A DNA stretch of 64,000 bases from an uncultured Solirubrobacterales bacterium (lineage in GTDB: Bacteria > Actinomycetota > Thermoleophilia > Solirubrobacterales > Solirubrobacteraceae), in NCBI GenBank assembly GCA_963809685.1, contig CAWEKN010000004.1, positions 63,182 through 127,181 on the forward strand, given 5' to 3'. Both the position numbers and the translations under genes were made by a program. Of the stretch, positions 1 to 9,589 are shown piece by piece. The first letter of the stretch is position 1; each line of letters starts with the position of its first letter. Below the pieces are notes generated by a model, which was given only the letters and a program-made list of their open reading frames with translations, was not told the origin of the DNA and searched no databases.

Positions 1-555
1 AACAAGGCGTGGGCGCTCGACCTGCGCGTGGCGCTGCTGGCGTTGTTTGCGCTGTGCGCGCTCGCGCAGTGGGTCGGCACCAGCATCATGATCGCCGGGT
101 TCGCGGCGGGGCTGATCGTCGCCGTCGAGGGAGGGCCGCAGCGACTGTCTGACCAGGTCACGGGCGTCGCCAACGGCTTCCTGGTCCCCGTGTTCTTCGT
201 CGTGCTCGGGGCCGGCCTGGACGTACGCGCGCTGGTGCGCAGCCCACACGACCTCGAGCTGGCAGCCGCGCTGATCGTCGGCATGGTCGTCGTTCACGTG
301 CTCGCCGCCTGGCTGATCCGGGCGCCCGCCTGGCTTGGGCTGATCGTGACCGCGCAGCTCGGGGTCCCTGCTGCGATCGCGAACCTCGGGCTCGCCCAGG
401 GCGTGCTGTCACCCGGCCAGGGCGCGGCAATCATCGTCGGCGCGCTCGCCAGCCTCGGCATCTGCGCGACCGGGACGGCGATCGCCAAGCGCACCACCCC
501 CGCGGTAGGCAGGCCCTCGCCGGCCCCCGCTCCGCCGGCCAGCGCCACGCCATGA
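1..555 (+). CDS. cation:proton antiporter (CPA/Na_H_Exchanger family), 5'-truncated by window edge
   Basis: Multi-TM protein with 'AGFAAGL' and 'GFLVPVFFVVLGAGLD' CPA motifs; frame is open from position 1. Confidence 0.75.
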   Translation, partial: NKAWALDLRVALLALFALCALAQWVGTSIMIAGFAAGLIVAVEGGPQRLSDQVTGVANGFLVPVFFVVLGAGLDVRALVRSPHDLELAAALIVGMVVVHVLAAWLIRAPAWLGLIVTAQLGVPAAIANLGLAQGVLSPGQGAAIIVGALASLGICATGTAIAKRTTPAVGRPSPAPAPPASATP

Positions 556-745
556 CCGTCGACGACGGCTTCGTCTCGGCGAGCGCGCGCGCTCGGGTGG
601 GGTGGCTGCTGCAAGGGGCGCAGATGATGGCTACGCTGACCGAGCACGACCACGCCGAATGGCTCCGCGCCCGCTCCGGAACTGCGCGCGCCCTGCGCTA
701 ACGTTTACAAAGGCGGACGGACCGCTGCGAAGAAAGGTGGGCACG

Positions 746-1570
746 TTGAACGATTCGACAGGGCAGGCGGAGGGGTCTCGCAAGTGGCGACGGATTGTCG
801 CGATCGGGCTCGTCGTCGCGGTGGTGGCGCTGATACCGATCGCGGCCGGGTTCGTGCTCACCTCGGGCTCTAGCCACACGAACACGGTCGCCTCCGACAC
901 GCAGTTCCAGCCTGTCGCCCCCGCCACCGCGTCTTCCGGACAGACGGCATCCAACGGTGCTCGCCGCGCCGCCGACCATCGTGCGCTGGTCGCGTCGCTG
1001 CTTCACGCGACGACGATGCGCCAGTCTCCCAGCGGAAAGCCGCTCGCTCAGGTCGGCACCCGCACGGGATTCGGTTCGCCGACGACTTTCCTGGTCGCGC
1101 GCCGAGTGCCAGGCTGGCTCGGCGTGATCAGCACTGATGCCGGCAACAATCGCGTCGGCTGGGTTCGGCAGTCGGCAGTGTCGCTACGGCGCGCGAACTG
1201 GCAGCTGCGCGTTTCGCTGTCGGCGAAGCGACTGACCGTGTTCAAGGACGGCAAGGCGATGCGCCACTACGAGGTCGCGATCGGACGGCCCGACGCGCCC
1301 ACCCCGACGGGTCGCTTCGCTGTCACCGACCGGCTCGCGACGCACGACCCGGCCGGTCCGTACGGCTGCTGCATCCTCGCCCTATCGGCGCACTCGCCCC
1401 ACGCGATCCAAGGTTGGAGCGGCGGCAACCGGATCGCGATCCACTCGACGCCCGACTCGTCGAGCATCGGCCAGGCCGTCAGCCACGGTTGTGTGCGGGT
1501 GTCGCTCGCCGACGGCAGGTGGCTGCTCGCTCACATCCCGCTGGGAACGCCGACGGTCATACGAAGCTGA
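746..1570 (+). CDS. L,D-transpeptidase (YkuD family), membrane-anchored
   Basis: N-terminal TM helix; 'IAIHST...SHGCVRV' catalytic His/Cys motif; TTG start at 746 after AGAAAGG RBS. Confidence 0.85.
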   Translation: MNDSTGQAEGSRKWRRIVAIGLVVAVVALIPIAAGFVLTSGSSHTNTVASDTQFQPVAPATASSGQTASNGARRAADHRALVASLLHATTMRQSPSGKPLAQVGTRTGFGSPTTFLVARRVPGWLGVISTDAGNNRVGWVRQSAVSLRRANWQLRVSLSAKRLTVFKDGKAMRHYEVAIGRPDAPTPTGRFAVTDRLATHDPAGPYGCCILALSAHSPHAIQGWSGGNRIAIHSTPDSSSIGQAVSHGCVRVSLADGRWLLAHIPLGTPTVIRS

Positions 1571-1645
1571 CCGCATCGTGATCCGTGCGTCGCGGTGGCT
1601 GCCCGGTGCTGTTGCGGTTCCGCGCTGAGCGGGAATCCTCGGTAC

Positions 1646-2182
1646 ATGTCGGTAGCCACGGGAACGCCACGCGAGCCCGCGCCGGTCGGAGACGATCGCG
1701 AGGAGTCAGAGCTCGAGCGGCTCGACCGCAATACGGTGGAGTTGCTGAACGAACTGCGGGTCGCGGGCACAGGGATTCAGGTGCTGTTCGCGTTCCTGCT
1801 CGTGGTGCCGTTCAACACCGGCTTTCGCAAGCTCTCGACGTTTGACCGCTATGACTACTTCGTCACGCTGCTTTGCATCGCCACGGCCGCGGTGTTGCTG
1901 ATCGCGCCGTCGTTTCACCACCGCCTGCTGTTCCGCCAGCATCAGAAGGAGTATCTCGTGCGTATCGGCACGCGTTACGCGATCGTCGCGGGAGCTTTCC
2001 TCGCAGTGGGCATGACCGGCATCCTCGTCCTGATCTCGGACGTGATATTCGGGGGTGTCACCGCTGCCGTCGTCGGTGCGCTCACCGCTCTGGTCGTTGT
2101 GTCGCTGTGGTTCACGGTGCCGCTGCGCCACGGGCGGCGCCACCCACCGGAGCAGGCGGCGCAGTCAGGGCGGCGCGCGTAG
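1646..2182 (+). CDS. DUF6328-like membrane protein
   Basis: 'ELLNELRVAGTGIQVLFAFLLVVPF' signature; 4 TM segments. Confidence 0.75.
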   Translation: MSVATGTPREPAPVGDDREESELERLDRNTVELLNELRVAGTGIQVLFAFLLVVPFNTGFRKLSTFDRYDYFVTLLCIATAAVLLIAPSFHHRLLFRQHQKEYLVRIGTRYAIVAGAFLAVGMTGILVLISDVIFGGVTAAVVGALTALVVVSLWFTVPLRHGRRHPPEQAAQSGRRA

Positions 2183-2243
2183 TCAGGGCGTCCTTCGGGT
2201 AGCGCGGACGTGACGACTGCGACGAAGCCACAAGGAGGTCCAG

Positions 2244-2588
2244 ATGCCACCCCGCGGTGTAAAGAAGGGCACCAAGCGCGCCCGCCAGTACGAGCACATC
2301 AAGGAGAGCCAGCTCGAGCGCGGCGCCGGTGAGGGCCGCGCCGAGGAGATCGCCGCCCGCACGGTCAACAAGGAACGCGCCCGCTCGGGTGAGTCGAGGA
2401 CGCGCTCGCGAACGTCGACGCAGGACATGTCCTCGTCGCGCCGCGGCGGTCAGCGCTCCGGCACGGGGCGTCAGAAGGGTCGCACCCGCGATCAGCTCTA
2501 CAACGAGGCCAGGCAGCTCGGGATCGAGGGCCGCTCGAGCATGAACAAAGCGCAGCTCGAGCGTGCCGTCGAGGCAAAGAAGCGCTGA
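2244..2588 (+). CDS. small basic stress-associated protein with a C-terminal Rho-N-like helix pair (often labelled 'plasmid stabilization protein')
   Basis: AGGAGG RBS; 'RQYEHIKES...EEIAARTVNKERA' and 'LYNEARQLGIEGRSSMNKAQL'. Confidence 0.75.
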   Translation: MPPRGVKKGTKRARQYEHIKESQLERGAGEGRAEEIAARTVNKERARSGESRTRSRTSTQDMSSSRRGGQRSGTGRQKGRTRDQLYNEARQLGIEGRSSMNKAQLERAVEAKKR

Positions 2589-2644
2589 ATCTCCCTGGCG
2601 CCGTGCGTCCTCGTCGTCACTGTGACACCGATACCCGGGGCGGC

Positions 2645-2669
2645 GTTTGCCGGGTCTCGCCTGGGGTAG
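2645..2669 (+). promoter_or_regulatory. SigB/SigF-like promoter GTTT-N15-GGGTAG upstream of the SOD gene
   Basis: Matches the actinobacterial SigF/SigB consensus. Confidence 0.7.
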
Positions 2670-2705
2670 CCGAAACCTAAGGCGCAAACGACGAAAGGAG
2701 CCACG

Positions 2706-3371
2706 ATGCCGTGGGATGAAATCAAGCCACGCAAGTTCCCAGCGTTCGACAAGGACCTCGACGGGATCTCGCGTCAGACGATGGAGGACCACTACAAGCT
2801 CTACGAGGGCTATGTCAAGAAGACCAATGAGTGCCGGAAGATCCTGAACGAGATCAACTACTCCGAGGCCGAGGGCAACCAGGTCTACTCGCCGCTTCGC
2901 TCCGTGTCGGTCGATTACACGTTCGCGTTGCTGGGCTACAAGAACCACGACCTGTACTTCGGTCACCTCGGCGGCGACGGCGGCGAGCCAACGGGCCGGT
3001 TCGCGGACCTCGTCGAGCGCGAGTTTCACGGCGGCCTCGAGGAATGGCAGCAGGCCGTGCGCAAGACAGCTTCCGCGGCACGCGGCTGGGTGATGGTCGG
3101 CTATGACCTCAACGACGGGTCGATCTTCAACTACCTGATGGACACCCAGAATCTGTGGGCGGTCTACAACATGGTGCCGGTGCTCGCGATCGACGTCTAT
3201 GAGCACGCCTACGTGCGCGATTTCGGCGCCACGCCGGATGGCCGCAAGCAGTACGTCGAGGCGTTCTTCCGCAACGTCGACTGGGAGCATGTCAACCGCC
3301 AGCTGATCCAAGCGGAGGCCGCCAAGGAGGGCGCGGATCGAAGCGGTGCCCGCGAGCCCGCGCACGTGTAG
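2706..3371 (+). CDS. Fe/Mn superoxide dismutase family protein (divergent)
   Basis: Ligand motifs 'EDHYKLYEGYV', 'NHDLYF', 'IDVYEHAY'; AAGGAG RBS. Confidence 0.85.
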   Translation: MPWDEIKPRKFPAFDKDLDGISRQTMEDHYKLYEGYVKKTNECRKILNEINYSEAEGNQVYSPLRSVSVDYTFALLGYKNHDLYFGHLGGDGGEPTGRFADLVEREFHGGLEEWQQAVRKTASAARGWVMVGYDLNDGSIFNYLMDTQNLWAVYNMVPVLAIDVYEHAYVRDFGATPDGRKQYVEAFFRNVDWEHVNRQLIQAEAAKEGADRSGAREPAHV

Positions 3372-3456
3372 GCACAACCACAGGCAGACAAAGAAACACC
3401 ATCGGGTCGGCAGGGAAGCCACCGGGCAAACAGGCACGGAAGCCAACAGGCAGGCA

Positions 3457-3497
3457 GGCAGGAGCGGGTCTCGGTTGACCGGGGCCCGCTTCCTGTC
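3457..3497 (+). terminator. stem-loop terminator after the SOD 3' UTR
   Basis: GGCAGGAGCGGGTCTCGG / CCGGGGCCCGCTTCCTGTC inverted repeat. Confidence 0.6.
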
Positions 3498-3574
3498 GTT
3501 CGGGTCTGCTCGGACGCTGATTACAAGCACTCGGGTCGGGGCAGTACGGGCGTGGACGCGACAAGGAGGAGCAA

Positions 3575-4528
3575 ATGAAGATCGGCTATTTCCTCTCGAG
3601 CGAGGAATGGGGGCCGCGGGACCTGGTTGCGCAGGCCGTCAAGGCCCAGCAGGCCGGGTTCGATGGTCTGTGGATCTCGGACCACTACCACCCCTGGAAC
3701 GACCAGCAGGGTCACAGCCCGTTCGTCTGGTCGACGATCGGCGCGATCGCGCAGGCGACGGACGGGATGAAGGTGACGACGGCCGTCACCTGCCCCACGA
3801 TCCGAATCCATCCCGCGATCATCGCCCAGGCCGCAGCGACCTCCGCGGTGATGCTCGACGGGAACTTCATTCTGGGCGTCGGCAGCGGTGAGGCGCTCAA
3901 CGAGCACATCGTCGGCGCTCGCTGGCCCGAGGCCGACGAGCGGCTCGAGATGCTCGAGGAGGCTGTGCAGGTCATCCGGACGCTGTGGCAGGGAGGCGCG
4001 CGCGACCATCGCGGGCGGCACTACCGGGTCGAGCACGCGCGCGTCTACGACCTGCCCTCGAACCCGCCGCCGGTCGTCGTCTCGGGGTTCGGACCGAAGT
4101 CGATCGCGCTCGCGGCCCGGATCGGCGACGGCTACTGCACGGTCGGCCCCGACGCCGAGTCGGTACGGTCGTATCGCGCCCAGGCACAGAACGGGCATCT
4201 GGTGCAGGGCGGGCTGAAGGTCTGCTGGGGCGCGGACGAGGCCGAGTCGGTGAAGACGGTCCACCGGCTATGGCCCAACGAGGGGCTTCCAGGCGAGCTC
4301 GCCCAGGTCCTGCCGACGCCCGAGCACTTCCAGCAGGCGGCCGAGCTCGTGACCGAGGAGATGATCGCCGAGCAGGTCCCGTGCGGTCCGGACGTCGAGC
4401 GCCACGTCGAGGCGATACGGGAGTACGCCGAGGCGGGCTTCGACGAGCTGTACGTCAACCAGATCGGTCCGGATCAGGACGCGTTCTTCGAGGCCTACCG
4501 CGAGCGGGTACTGCCTCGCGTGCGCTGA
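3575..4528 (+). CDS. F420-dependent LLM-class oxidoreductase (G6PDH-like, TIGR03557 type)
   Basis: 'ISDHYHPW', 'GVGSGEALNEHI', 'VTCPTIRIHPAIIAQAAAT'. Confidence 0.9.
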   Translation: MKIGYFLSSEEWGPRDLVAQAVKAQQAGFDGLWISDHYHPWNDQQGHSPFVWSTIGAIAQATDGMKVTTAVTCPTIRIHPAIIAQAAATSAVMLDGNFILGVGSGEALNEHIVGARWPEADERLEMLEEAVQVIRTLWQGGARDHRGRHYRVEHARVYDLPSNPPPVVVSGFGPKSIALAARIGDGYCTVGPDAESVRSYRAQAQNGHLVQGGLKVCWGADEAESVKTVHRLWPNEGLPGELAQVLPTPEHFQQAAELVTEEMIAEQVPCGPDVERHVEAIREYAEAGFDELYVNQIGPDQDAFFEAYRERVLPRVR

Positions 4529-5007
4529 TGCGTCGGATCCGGATCGGCGTCGTCGGCCTGCTGCTCGGCGGGACGTTCTATCTGCTGCTCATCGACACGA
4601 CGAGCGTGCCCGAGCTGTACGTCCTGGGCGGCGTGGCGCTGGTCGCCGCGGTCGCGTTCGAGAGCTCGCGCGAGGCCGGATTCACGGAGGCGAGGTTCCG
4701 CGCGCGATGGCTGCGCCTGTTCTGGCGCCCCGTCGTGCGGGTGCCGGTCGACATCGTCCTCGTGTGCCGCGAGGCGCTCGCGCAGCTCGTGCACCGACGC
4801 GCCGCGCGCGGGCAGTTCCGCGCCGTGCGGTTCGCGGGTGGCGACAGCGAGACCGACCATGGGCGCCGCGCGCTGACCGAGCTGCTCGGGTCACTCGCGC
4901 CGAACACGATCGTGATCGGCATCGATCCCGAGCGTGGCCTGCTGCTCGTGCACCAGCTGCGTCGCGACGGCGACCGCGACGAGCTCGACGTGCTGAGGCT
5001 CGGATGA
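4528..5007 (+). CDS. Mrp antiporter subunit E-like (MbhA equivalent)
   Basis: TGATG overlap with the upstream gene; 'SLAPNTIVIGID...LLVHQL'. Confidence 0.7.
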   Translation: MRRIRIGVVGLLLGGTFYLLLIDTTSVPELYVLGGVALVAAVAFESSREAGFTEARFRARWLRLFWRPVVRVPVDIVLVCREALAQLVHRRAARGQFRAVRFAGGDSETDHGRRALTELLGSLAPNTIVIGIDPERGLLLVHQLRRDGDRDELDVLRLG

Positions 5008-5255
5008 ACGAGTGGGAGATCGCGGCCGTCGTGCTGATCGCCGGCGTGCTGCCGTGCGTCTTCACCTGCGCGTTCGCGGGCGTGCTCGACGCGCTGGTCG
5101 CGCTCGAGCTCGCGAGCACGCTCGCCTGCACCGCGCTGCTCGCGCTGGCGGAGGGACTGCATCGCCAGCCGTTCGTGGATCTCGCTCTGGTCCTCGCGCT
5201 GCTGTCGCTGATCGGCTCGCTCGTGTTCGCACGGATGATGGAGTCCCAGCTGTGA
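5004..5255 (+). CDS. Mrp antiporter subunit F-like
   Basis: ATGA overlap; 3 TM; 'DALVALE...FVDLALVLALLSLIGSLVFAR'. Confidence 0.75.
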   Translation: MNEWEIAAVVLIAGVLPCVFTCAFAGVLDALVALELASTLACTALLALAEGLHRQPFVDLALVLALLSLIGSLVFARMMESQL

Positions 5256-5578
5256 GCCGCGCGATTGCAAGCGTGCTGCTGATCGCGGGCGTGGCGATCG
5301 AACTGCTCGCGCTGATCGGGATGATCGCCATGCGCGACGTATTCGACCGCCTGCACTACGTGGGGCTGGCGGGGTTCGGCGCGCTGCTCGTCGGCGTCGC
5401 GATCCTCGTCCGTGAGTCCTGGTCGTTGATCGGCGACAAGGCGCTCGCGACCGGCGTGATCCTCGTCGTGTTCAGCCCAGTGCTCGTGCACGCCACGGCG
5501 CGGAGCTTCCGGATCCGCATGCGCGGCGACTGGCGCGCAGGGATCGAGACCCATCGCGAGGACGACGAGCAGGCGTGA
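5252..5578 (+). CDS. Mrp antiporter subunit G-like
   Basis: GTGA overlap; 'RDVFDRLH', 'SPVLVHATAR'. Confidence 0.8.
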   Translation: MSRAIASVLLIAGVAIELLALIGMIAMRDVFDRLHYVGLAGFGALLVGVAILVRESWSLIGDKALATGVILVVFSPVLVHATARSFRIRMRGDWRAGIETHREDDEQA

Positions 5579-5838
5579 CCGCGGTACAGCTTGCATCGCT
5601 GATCGTCGTCGCGATCACCGGCACCGTCGTCGTCCTCACCGGCGAGGCGCTGCGCCAGACGATCGTGCTCGGCCTCTACGGCCTGTCGCTGACGCTGTTG
5701 TTCTTCGCCTTCCAGGCGCCGGACGTCGCGCTGTCGGAGATCGTCATCTCGTCGGTCGGGCTGCCCGTGATCATCCTCGCGGCGCTTCGCAAGATCCGTT
5801 CACAGGAGCGCTCGCAGCGCGAGGATGCAGAGGAATGA
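5575..5838 (+). CDS. DUF4040 / MrpA C-terminal-like small subunit (MbhD equivalent)
   Basis: 'FQAPDVALSEIVI' motif. Confidence 0.8.
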   Translation: MTAVQLASLIVVAITGTVVVLTGEALRQTIVLGLYGLSLTLLFFAFQAPDVALSEIVISSVGLPVIILAALRKIRSQERSQREDAEE

Positions 5839-6602
5839 GCCGCCGCGGCCGCCTCGGCCTGTTCGCCGTGGCCGGGACAGGCATGCTCGCGGTCCTGCTG
5901 ATCGGCCTGCACGGGCTGCCCGCGTTTGGCCACTACCACGGCGTCTACGGGCCGCTCGTCAGCAAGATCGTGCCGGTGGAGCGGCACGCCACCGACATCG
6001 TCACCGGGCTCAACTTCGACGTGCGCGCGTTCGACACGCTTGGCGAGGAGTTCATCCTGTTCGCGTCGGTGGCGGGAGTCGCCGTGCTGCTGCGCCACCT
6101 CCGCGGAGAGTACGAGGACGTCGACCGCGCGATCGGGATGCAGGATCACCGATTCGCCGGGGCGAGCACAGGGCTTCGCGTCGCCTCGCTGACCCTGATC
6201 CCGCTGCTCGTCGCGTTGGGCGCGTACGTGATCCTGCACGGCGCTCTGACGCCGGGCGGCGGATTCCAGGGCGGCATCGTCCTCGCCGCCGGCCCGATGG
6301 CGATCCTCCTCGCCGGCCGTTACCTGACGCTAAAGCGGCTCGCTCCCGAGTGGGCGCTCGAGGTGCTCGACTCCTCGGGTGCCGCCGCGTACACGCTGAT
6401 CGGGCTCGGCGGGCTGATCTTCGCCGGGGTCTATCTGAAGAACTTCCTGCCGCTCGGCACGCAGGGCCAGCTCCTGTCCGCAGGCATGATGCCGCTGAAC
6501 AGCATCGCCGTCGGCCTCGAGGTAACCGGCGCGTTCCTGCTGACCTGGACCGAGTTCCTCGATCAGGCGCTGCTGAACACCCGCGAGGGGGCGGCGAGCT
6601 GA
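5835..6602 (+). CDS. MnhB/MrpB-domain subunit
   Basis: 'NFDVRAFDTLGEE' and 'HGALTPGGGFQGG'. Confidence 0.85.
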   Translation: MSRRGRLGLFAVAGTGMLAVLLIGLHGLPAFGHYHGVYGPLVSKIVPVERHATDIVTGLNFDVRAFDTLGEEFILFASVAGVAVLLRHLRGEYEDVDRAIGMQDHRFAGASTGLRVASLTLIPLLVALGAYVILHGALTPGGGFQGGIVLAAGPMAILLAGRYLTLKRLAPEWALEVLDSSGAAAYTLIGLGGLIFAGVYLKNFLPLGTQGQLLSAGMMPLNSIAVGLEVTGAFLLTWTEFLDQALLNTREGAAS

Positions 6603-6943
6603 GCTGTCTCCCGTTCGCCGTCGCCGCCTGGCTGTTCGTGATCGGCCTCTGGGGAGTCGTCTCGAGCACGAACCTCGTGCGCACCGTGCTGAGCCTGACG
6701 GTCGTGCAGTCCTCGACCTATGTCGTGCTGCTGGGAGTCGGCTACGTGACCGGCGGCAAGGCGCCGGTCGTCGCCGACATCCCCGCGAACTCGAAGCTCG
6801 TCGACCCGGTCGTGCAGGTGCTGGTCCTGACCGACGTCGTGATCGAGGCGACCGTCACGGCGCTGCTGCTGGCACTCGTCGTGCAGGCGCACAAGCGCTT
6901 TGGCAGCCTCGACCCGGCGAAGCTGCGCGCACTGCGCCACTAG
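6599..6943 (+). CDS. Mrp antiporter subunit C (NuoK-like); probable CTG start
   Basis: '[14 protein letters not shown]'; CTGA overlap with the upstream stop, GAGGGGG RBS 7 nt upstream. Confidence 0.75.
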   Translation: MSCLPFAVAAWLFVIGLWGVVSSTNLVRTVLSLTVVQSSTYVVLLGVGYVTGGKAPVVADIPANSKLVDPVVQVLVLTDVVIEATVTALLLALVVQAHKRFGSLDPAKLRALRH

Positions 6944-6953
6944 CGGAGGCGAC

Positions 6954-8780
6954 GTGTCGCACCTTGCAGCGCTCGCGGTGGTGGTGCCCTTCCTCGCTGC
7001 GCCGTTGCTGGTCGCAACCGGCGCGTTCGCACCCCGGCGCCTCGAGGACGGGCTTGCTGCGGCGAGCGCGCTCACGGTCCTGACGCTGTGCGTGCTGCTC
7101 GCTCTCCACACCGGGCACCAGCCGCTCGCCTACTGGCTGGGGGGCTGGCGGCCCCGGCAGGGAGTGGCGGTCGGGATCTCGCTGTCGATCGACCCGGTCG
7201 GTGCAGGCATGGCCGCGTTCGCGTCGCTGCTGGTGCTCGCGGCGCTGGCGTACTCGTGGCACTACTTCGACGCCGTCAAGGGCCTGTTCCACGGCTTGAT
7301 GCTGCTGTTCATGGCGGGGATGGTCGGCTTCTGCCTGACCGGCGATCTGTTCAACCTGGTCGTCTTCTACGAGCTGATGAGCGTCTCGGCGTTCGCGCTC
7401 ACCGCGTACCGGATCGAGGAGCGCGCGCCGATCCAGGGGGCGATCAACTTCGCGATCACCAACAGCATCGCCGGGTACGCGATGTTCATCGGCGTGGCGA
7501 TGCTGTACGCGCGCACCGGTGCGCTGAACATGGCCCAGGTAGGGGCGGCGCTCGACGGTCACCCCGCCGACCCGCTCGTGATCGTGGCGATGGTGCTGCT
7601 GTTCGTCGGGTTCCTCACGAAGGCGGCCGTGGTGCCGCTTCACTTCTGGCTCGCGGACGCCCACGCGGTCGCGCCCGTTCCGGTCTGTGTCCTGTTCTCG
7701 GGCGTGATGGTCGAACTCGGGATATATGCGGTGGGCCGGCTGTACTGGGTCGTGTTCGCGGGACCGATGACGCCGCATGCCGCTGCGCTGCGAGCGGTGC
7801 TGATCGCGCTCGGGGTGGTGACGGCGCTGCTGGGGGCGTGGATGTGCACGCTGCAGCGCCACATCAAGCGGCTGCTGGCGTTCTCCACGATCAGTCACGT
7901 GGGCGTGTTCGTTTGCGGCATCGGTCTGCTGAGCGCGAAGGCGGCGGGAGGCGTGGCCGTCTACATCGTCGGCCACGGGCTGACGAAGGGGGCGCTGTTC
8001 ATGTGCGCAGGCGTGCTCCTGCATCGCTTCGCGACGGTCGACGAGTACGACCTTCACGGGCGAGGTCGGGACCTGCCGTTCCTCGGCATCATGTTCGTCG
8101 TCGGCGCGTTGCTGCTCGCCGCGGCGCCGCCCTCCGCAGCGTTCCTCGGCAAGTCGGAGCTCGAATCGGCCTCGTCACAGGCGGGGTACGGGTGGCTGAT
8201 CGCCGTGTTCCTGATCGTCTCGGCCCTCACCGGCGGTGCGGTGCTGCGCGTGGCCGGCCGCGTGTTCGCCGGCTGGGGACCCGCCGAGGGACCGGATCCG
8301 AGCCAGGCGCGCGCGGCCGAGGAGCGCGTCAGTGAGGTCGAGGGCTCGCGCGATCACACGCCGTGGCTGATGATGGTCGTCCCAGCCGTGCTGCTGACGG
8401 CCGCAGCGGTTCTCGGCCTCATCCCCGGAGTCGTCCCCGCGATCGATCGCGCCGTCGCCCGTTTCACCGACCACGCCGCGTACGCGCGCTGGGTGCTCGC
8501 GGGCGCGCACGTCCACTGGCCGGCGCTCACGCCGAGTCACGTCGAGCCGGTCGAGATCCTCTATGGCCTCCTCGCGGTTGCCGGCGCGATCGCCGCGGCA
8601 GCGCTCGGGCTGTTCGGCCGCCCCCTGCGCGAATCCGCGCCGCGCTCTATCACCGGTCCGGCTCGCGGGCTCGTCCGCGGCCTGCGCGGACTTCACTCCG
8701 GCCACATCGGCGACTACATCGCATGGTGGACGGCCGGCGCGAGCCTGCTGGGCGGGGTCTGCCTGCTCGCGCTGCGCTGA
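6954..8780 (+). CDS. Mrp antiporter subunit D (complex I subunit 5 family)
   Basis: '[13 protein letters not shown]', '[15 protein letters not shown]', '[14 protein letters not shown]', 'HGLTKGALF'; GGAGG RBS. Confidence 0.9.
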   Translation: MSHLAALAVVVPFLAAPLLVATGAFAPRRLEDGLAAASALTVLTLCVLLALHTGHQPLAYWLGGWRPRQGVAVGISLSIDPVGAGMAAFASLLVLAALAYSWHYFDAVKGLFHGLMLLFMAGMVGFCLTGDLFNLVVFYELMSVSAFALTAYRIEERAPIQGAINFAITNSIAGYAMFIGVAMLYARTGALNMAQVGAALDGHPADPLVIVAMVLLFVGFLTKAAVVPLHFWLADAHAVAPVPVCVLFSGVMVELGIYAVGRLYWVVFAGPMTPHAAALRAVLIALGVVTALLGAWMCTLQRHIKRLLAFSTISHVGVFVCGIGLLSAKAAGGVAVYIVGHGLTKGALFMCAGVLLHRFATVDEYDLHGRGRDLPFLGIMFVVGALLLAAAPPSAAFLGKSELESASSQAGYGWLIAVFLIVSALTGGAVLRVAGRVFAGWGPAEGPDPSQARAAEERVSEVEGSRDHTPWLMMVVPAVLLTAAAVLGLIPGVVPAIDRAVARFTDHAAYARWVLAGAHVHWPALTPSHVEPVEILYGLLAVAGAIAAAALGLFGRPLRESAPRSITGPARGLVRGLRGLHSGHIGDYIAWWTAGASLLGGVCLLALR

Positions 8781-8803
8781 ACCGGCTGTGCCGGCTTCGG
8801 GTT

Positions 8804-8839
8804 GCAGCAATCTTCCCCGTCATAGGGGGAAAATAGCTG
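8804..8839. terminator. hairpin between convergent mrpD and HAD genes
   Basis: GCAGCAATCTTCCCC / GGGGAAAATAGCTGC imperfect inverted repeat. Confidence 0.5.
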
Positions 8840-8862
8840 CCGCTAGGCGCGCGAGCCCGCGA

Positions 8863-9516
8863 TCAGCGCAGCGGCGTCTGATCCAGCCGCGCGCATAGCT
8901 CGGCAACCGACTCGAACACCTCGATCGCTCCGGCCTCGCGCAGCTCGTCGGCGCCGAACCCGCCGGTCCGCACGGCGAGCGTCCCTACGCCCGCCTTCTT
9001 CGCCGCATGGATGTCCCAGGGTGTGTCGCCGACCATCACCGCGTCGCTGTGGGAGTTGCCGGATCGCTCGAGCGCCGCCTGGACGAGATCCGGCGCCGGT
9101 TTGGTCGCCTGCACATCGGCCGATGTCGTCCAGTCGTCGGCGATCTCGCGCACCTCGAGCAGGTCGAGGTAATGGTCGACCTCGTCCTCCTTGGCCGAGC
9201 TCGCGAGGATCGTCCGGTGGCCACGATCCCTTAGCTGCTCGATCAGCTCGCGCGCGCCCTCCATCGGCTCGACCTCGTCGATCAGCTCGACGTACAGGTC
9301 CTTCTCGGTGGCGCGGATGTCGTCGCCGCGCTCGTTCTCGGTCTGCTCGTCGGTGAGCGCTCCGACCAGCTGGTCCCCGCCCATCCCCATATGGCGATGG
9401 ATCCGCCACAGCTCGAGCACGATCCCGTGCCGCCGGAACGCGCGGTACCACGCGATCGTGTGGTGGTAGTTGGTGTCGACGAGCGTGCCGTCGATGTCGA
9501 GGATCGCGGTTCCCAT
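8863..9516 (-). CDS. HAD-family hydrolase/phosphatase
   Basis: 'LDIDGTLVD', 'KPAPD', 'VGDTPWD'. Confidence 0.9.
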   Translation of the reverse strand: MGTAILDIDGTLVDTNYHHTIAWYRAFRRHGIVLELWRIHRHMGMGGDQLVGALTDEQTENERGDDIRATEKDLYVELIDEVEPMEGARELIEQLRDRGHRTILASSAKEDEVDHYLDLLEVREIADDWTTSADVQATKPAPDLVQAALERSGNSHSDAVMVGDTPWDIHAAKKAGVGTLAVRTGGFGADELREAGAIEVFESVAELCARLDQTPLR

Positions 9517-9527
9517 GGTCGGCTTGT

Positions 9528-9579
9528 ATACCCGCTGGCCGGTCTACCTCACATGTGTAAACGCAAGACGTTCGGGTAG
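9528..9579. promoter_or_regulatory. back-to-back SigB/SigF-like promoters (GTGA-N15-GGGTAT on minus; GTGT-N15-GGGTAG on plus)
   Basis: Each -10 box lies 10-11 nt from a divergent ATG; the -35 boxes are weak. Confidence 0.55.
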
Positions 9580-9589
9580 CCGTTCGGAG

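Noticed and set aside
2244-2588. Plasmid origin or toxin-antitoxin system implied by the 'plasmid stabilization' label
   Set aside because: No ParE/RelE features, partner gene or replication genes; the context is chromosomal (tRNA, pyr operon).
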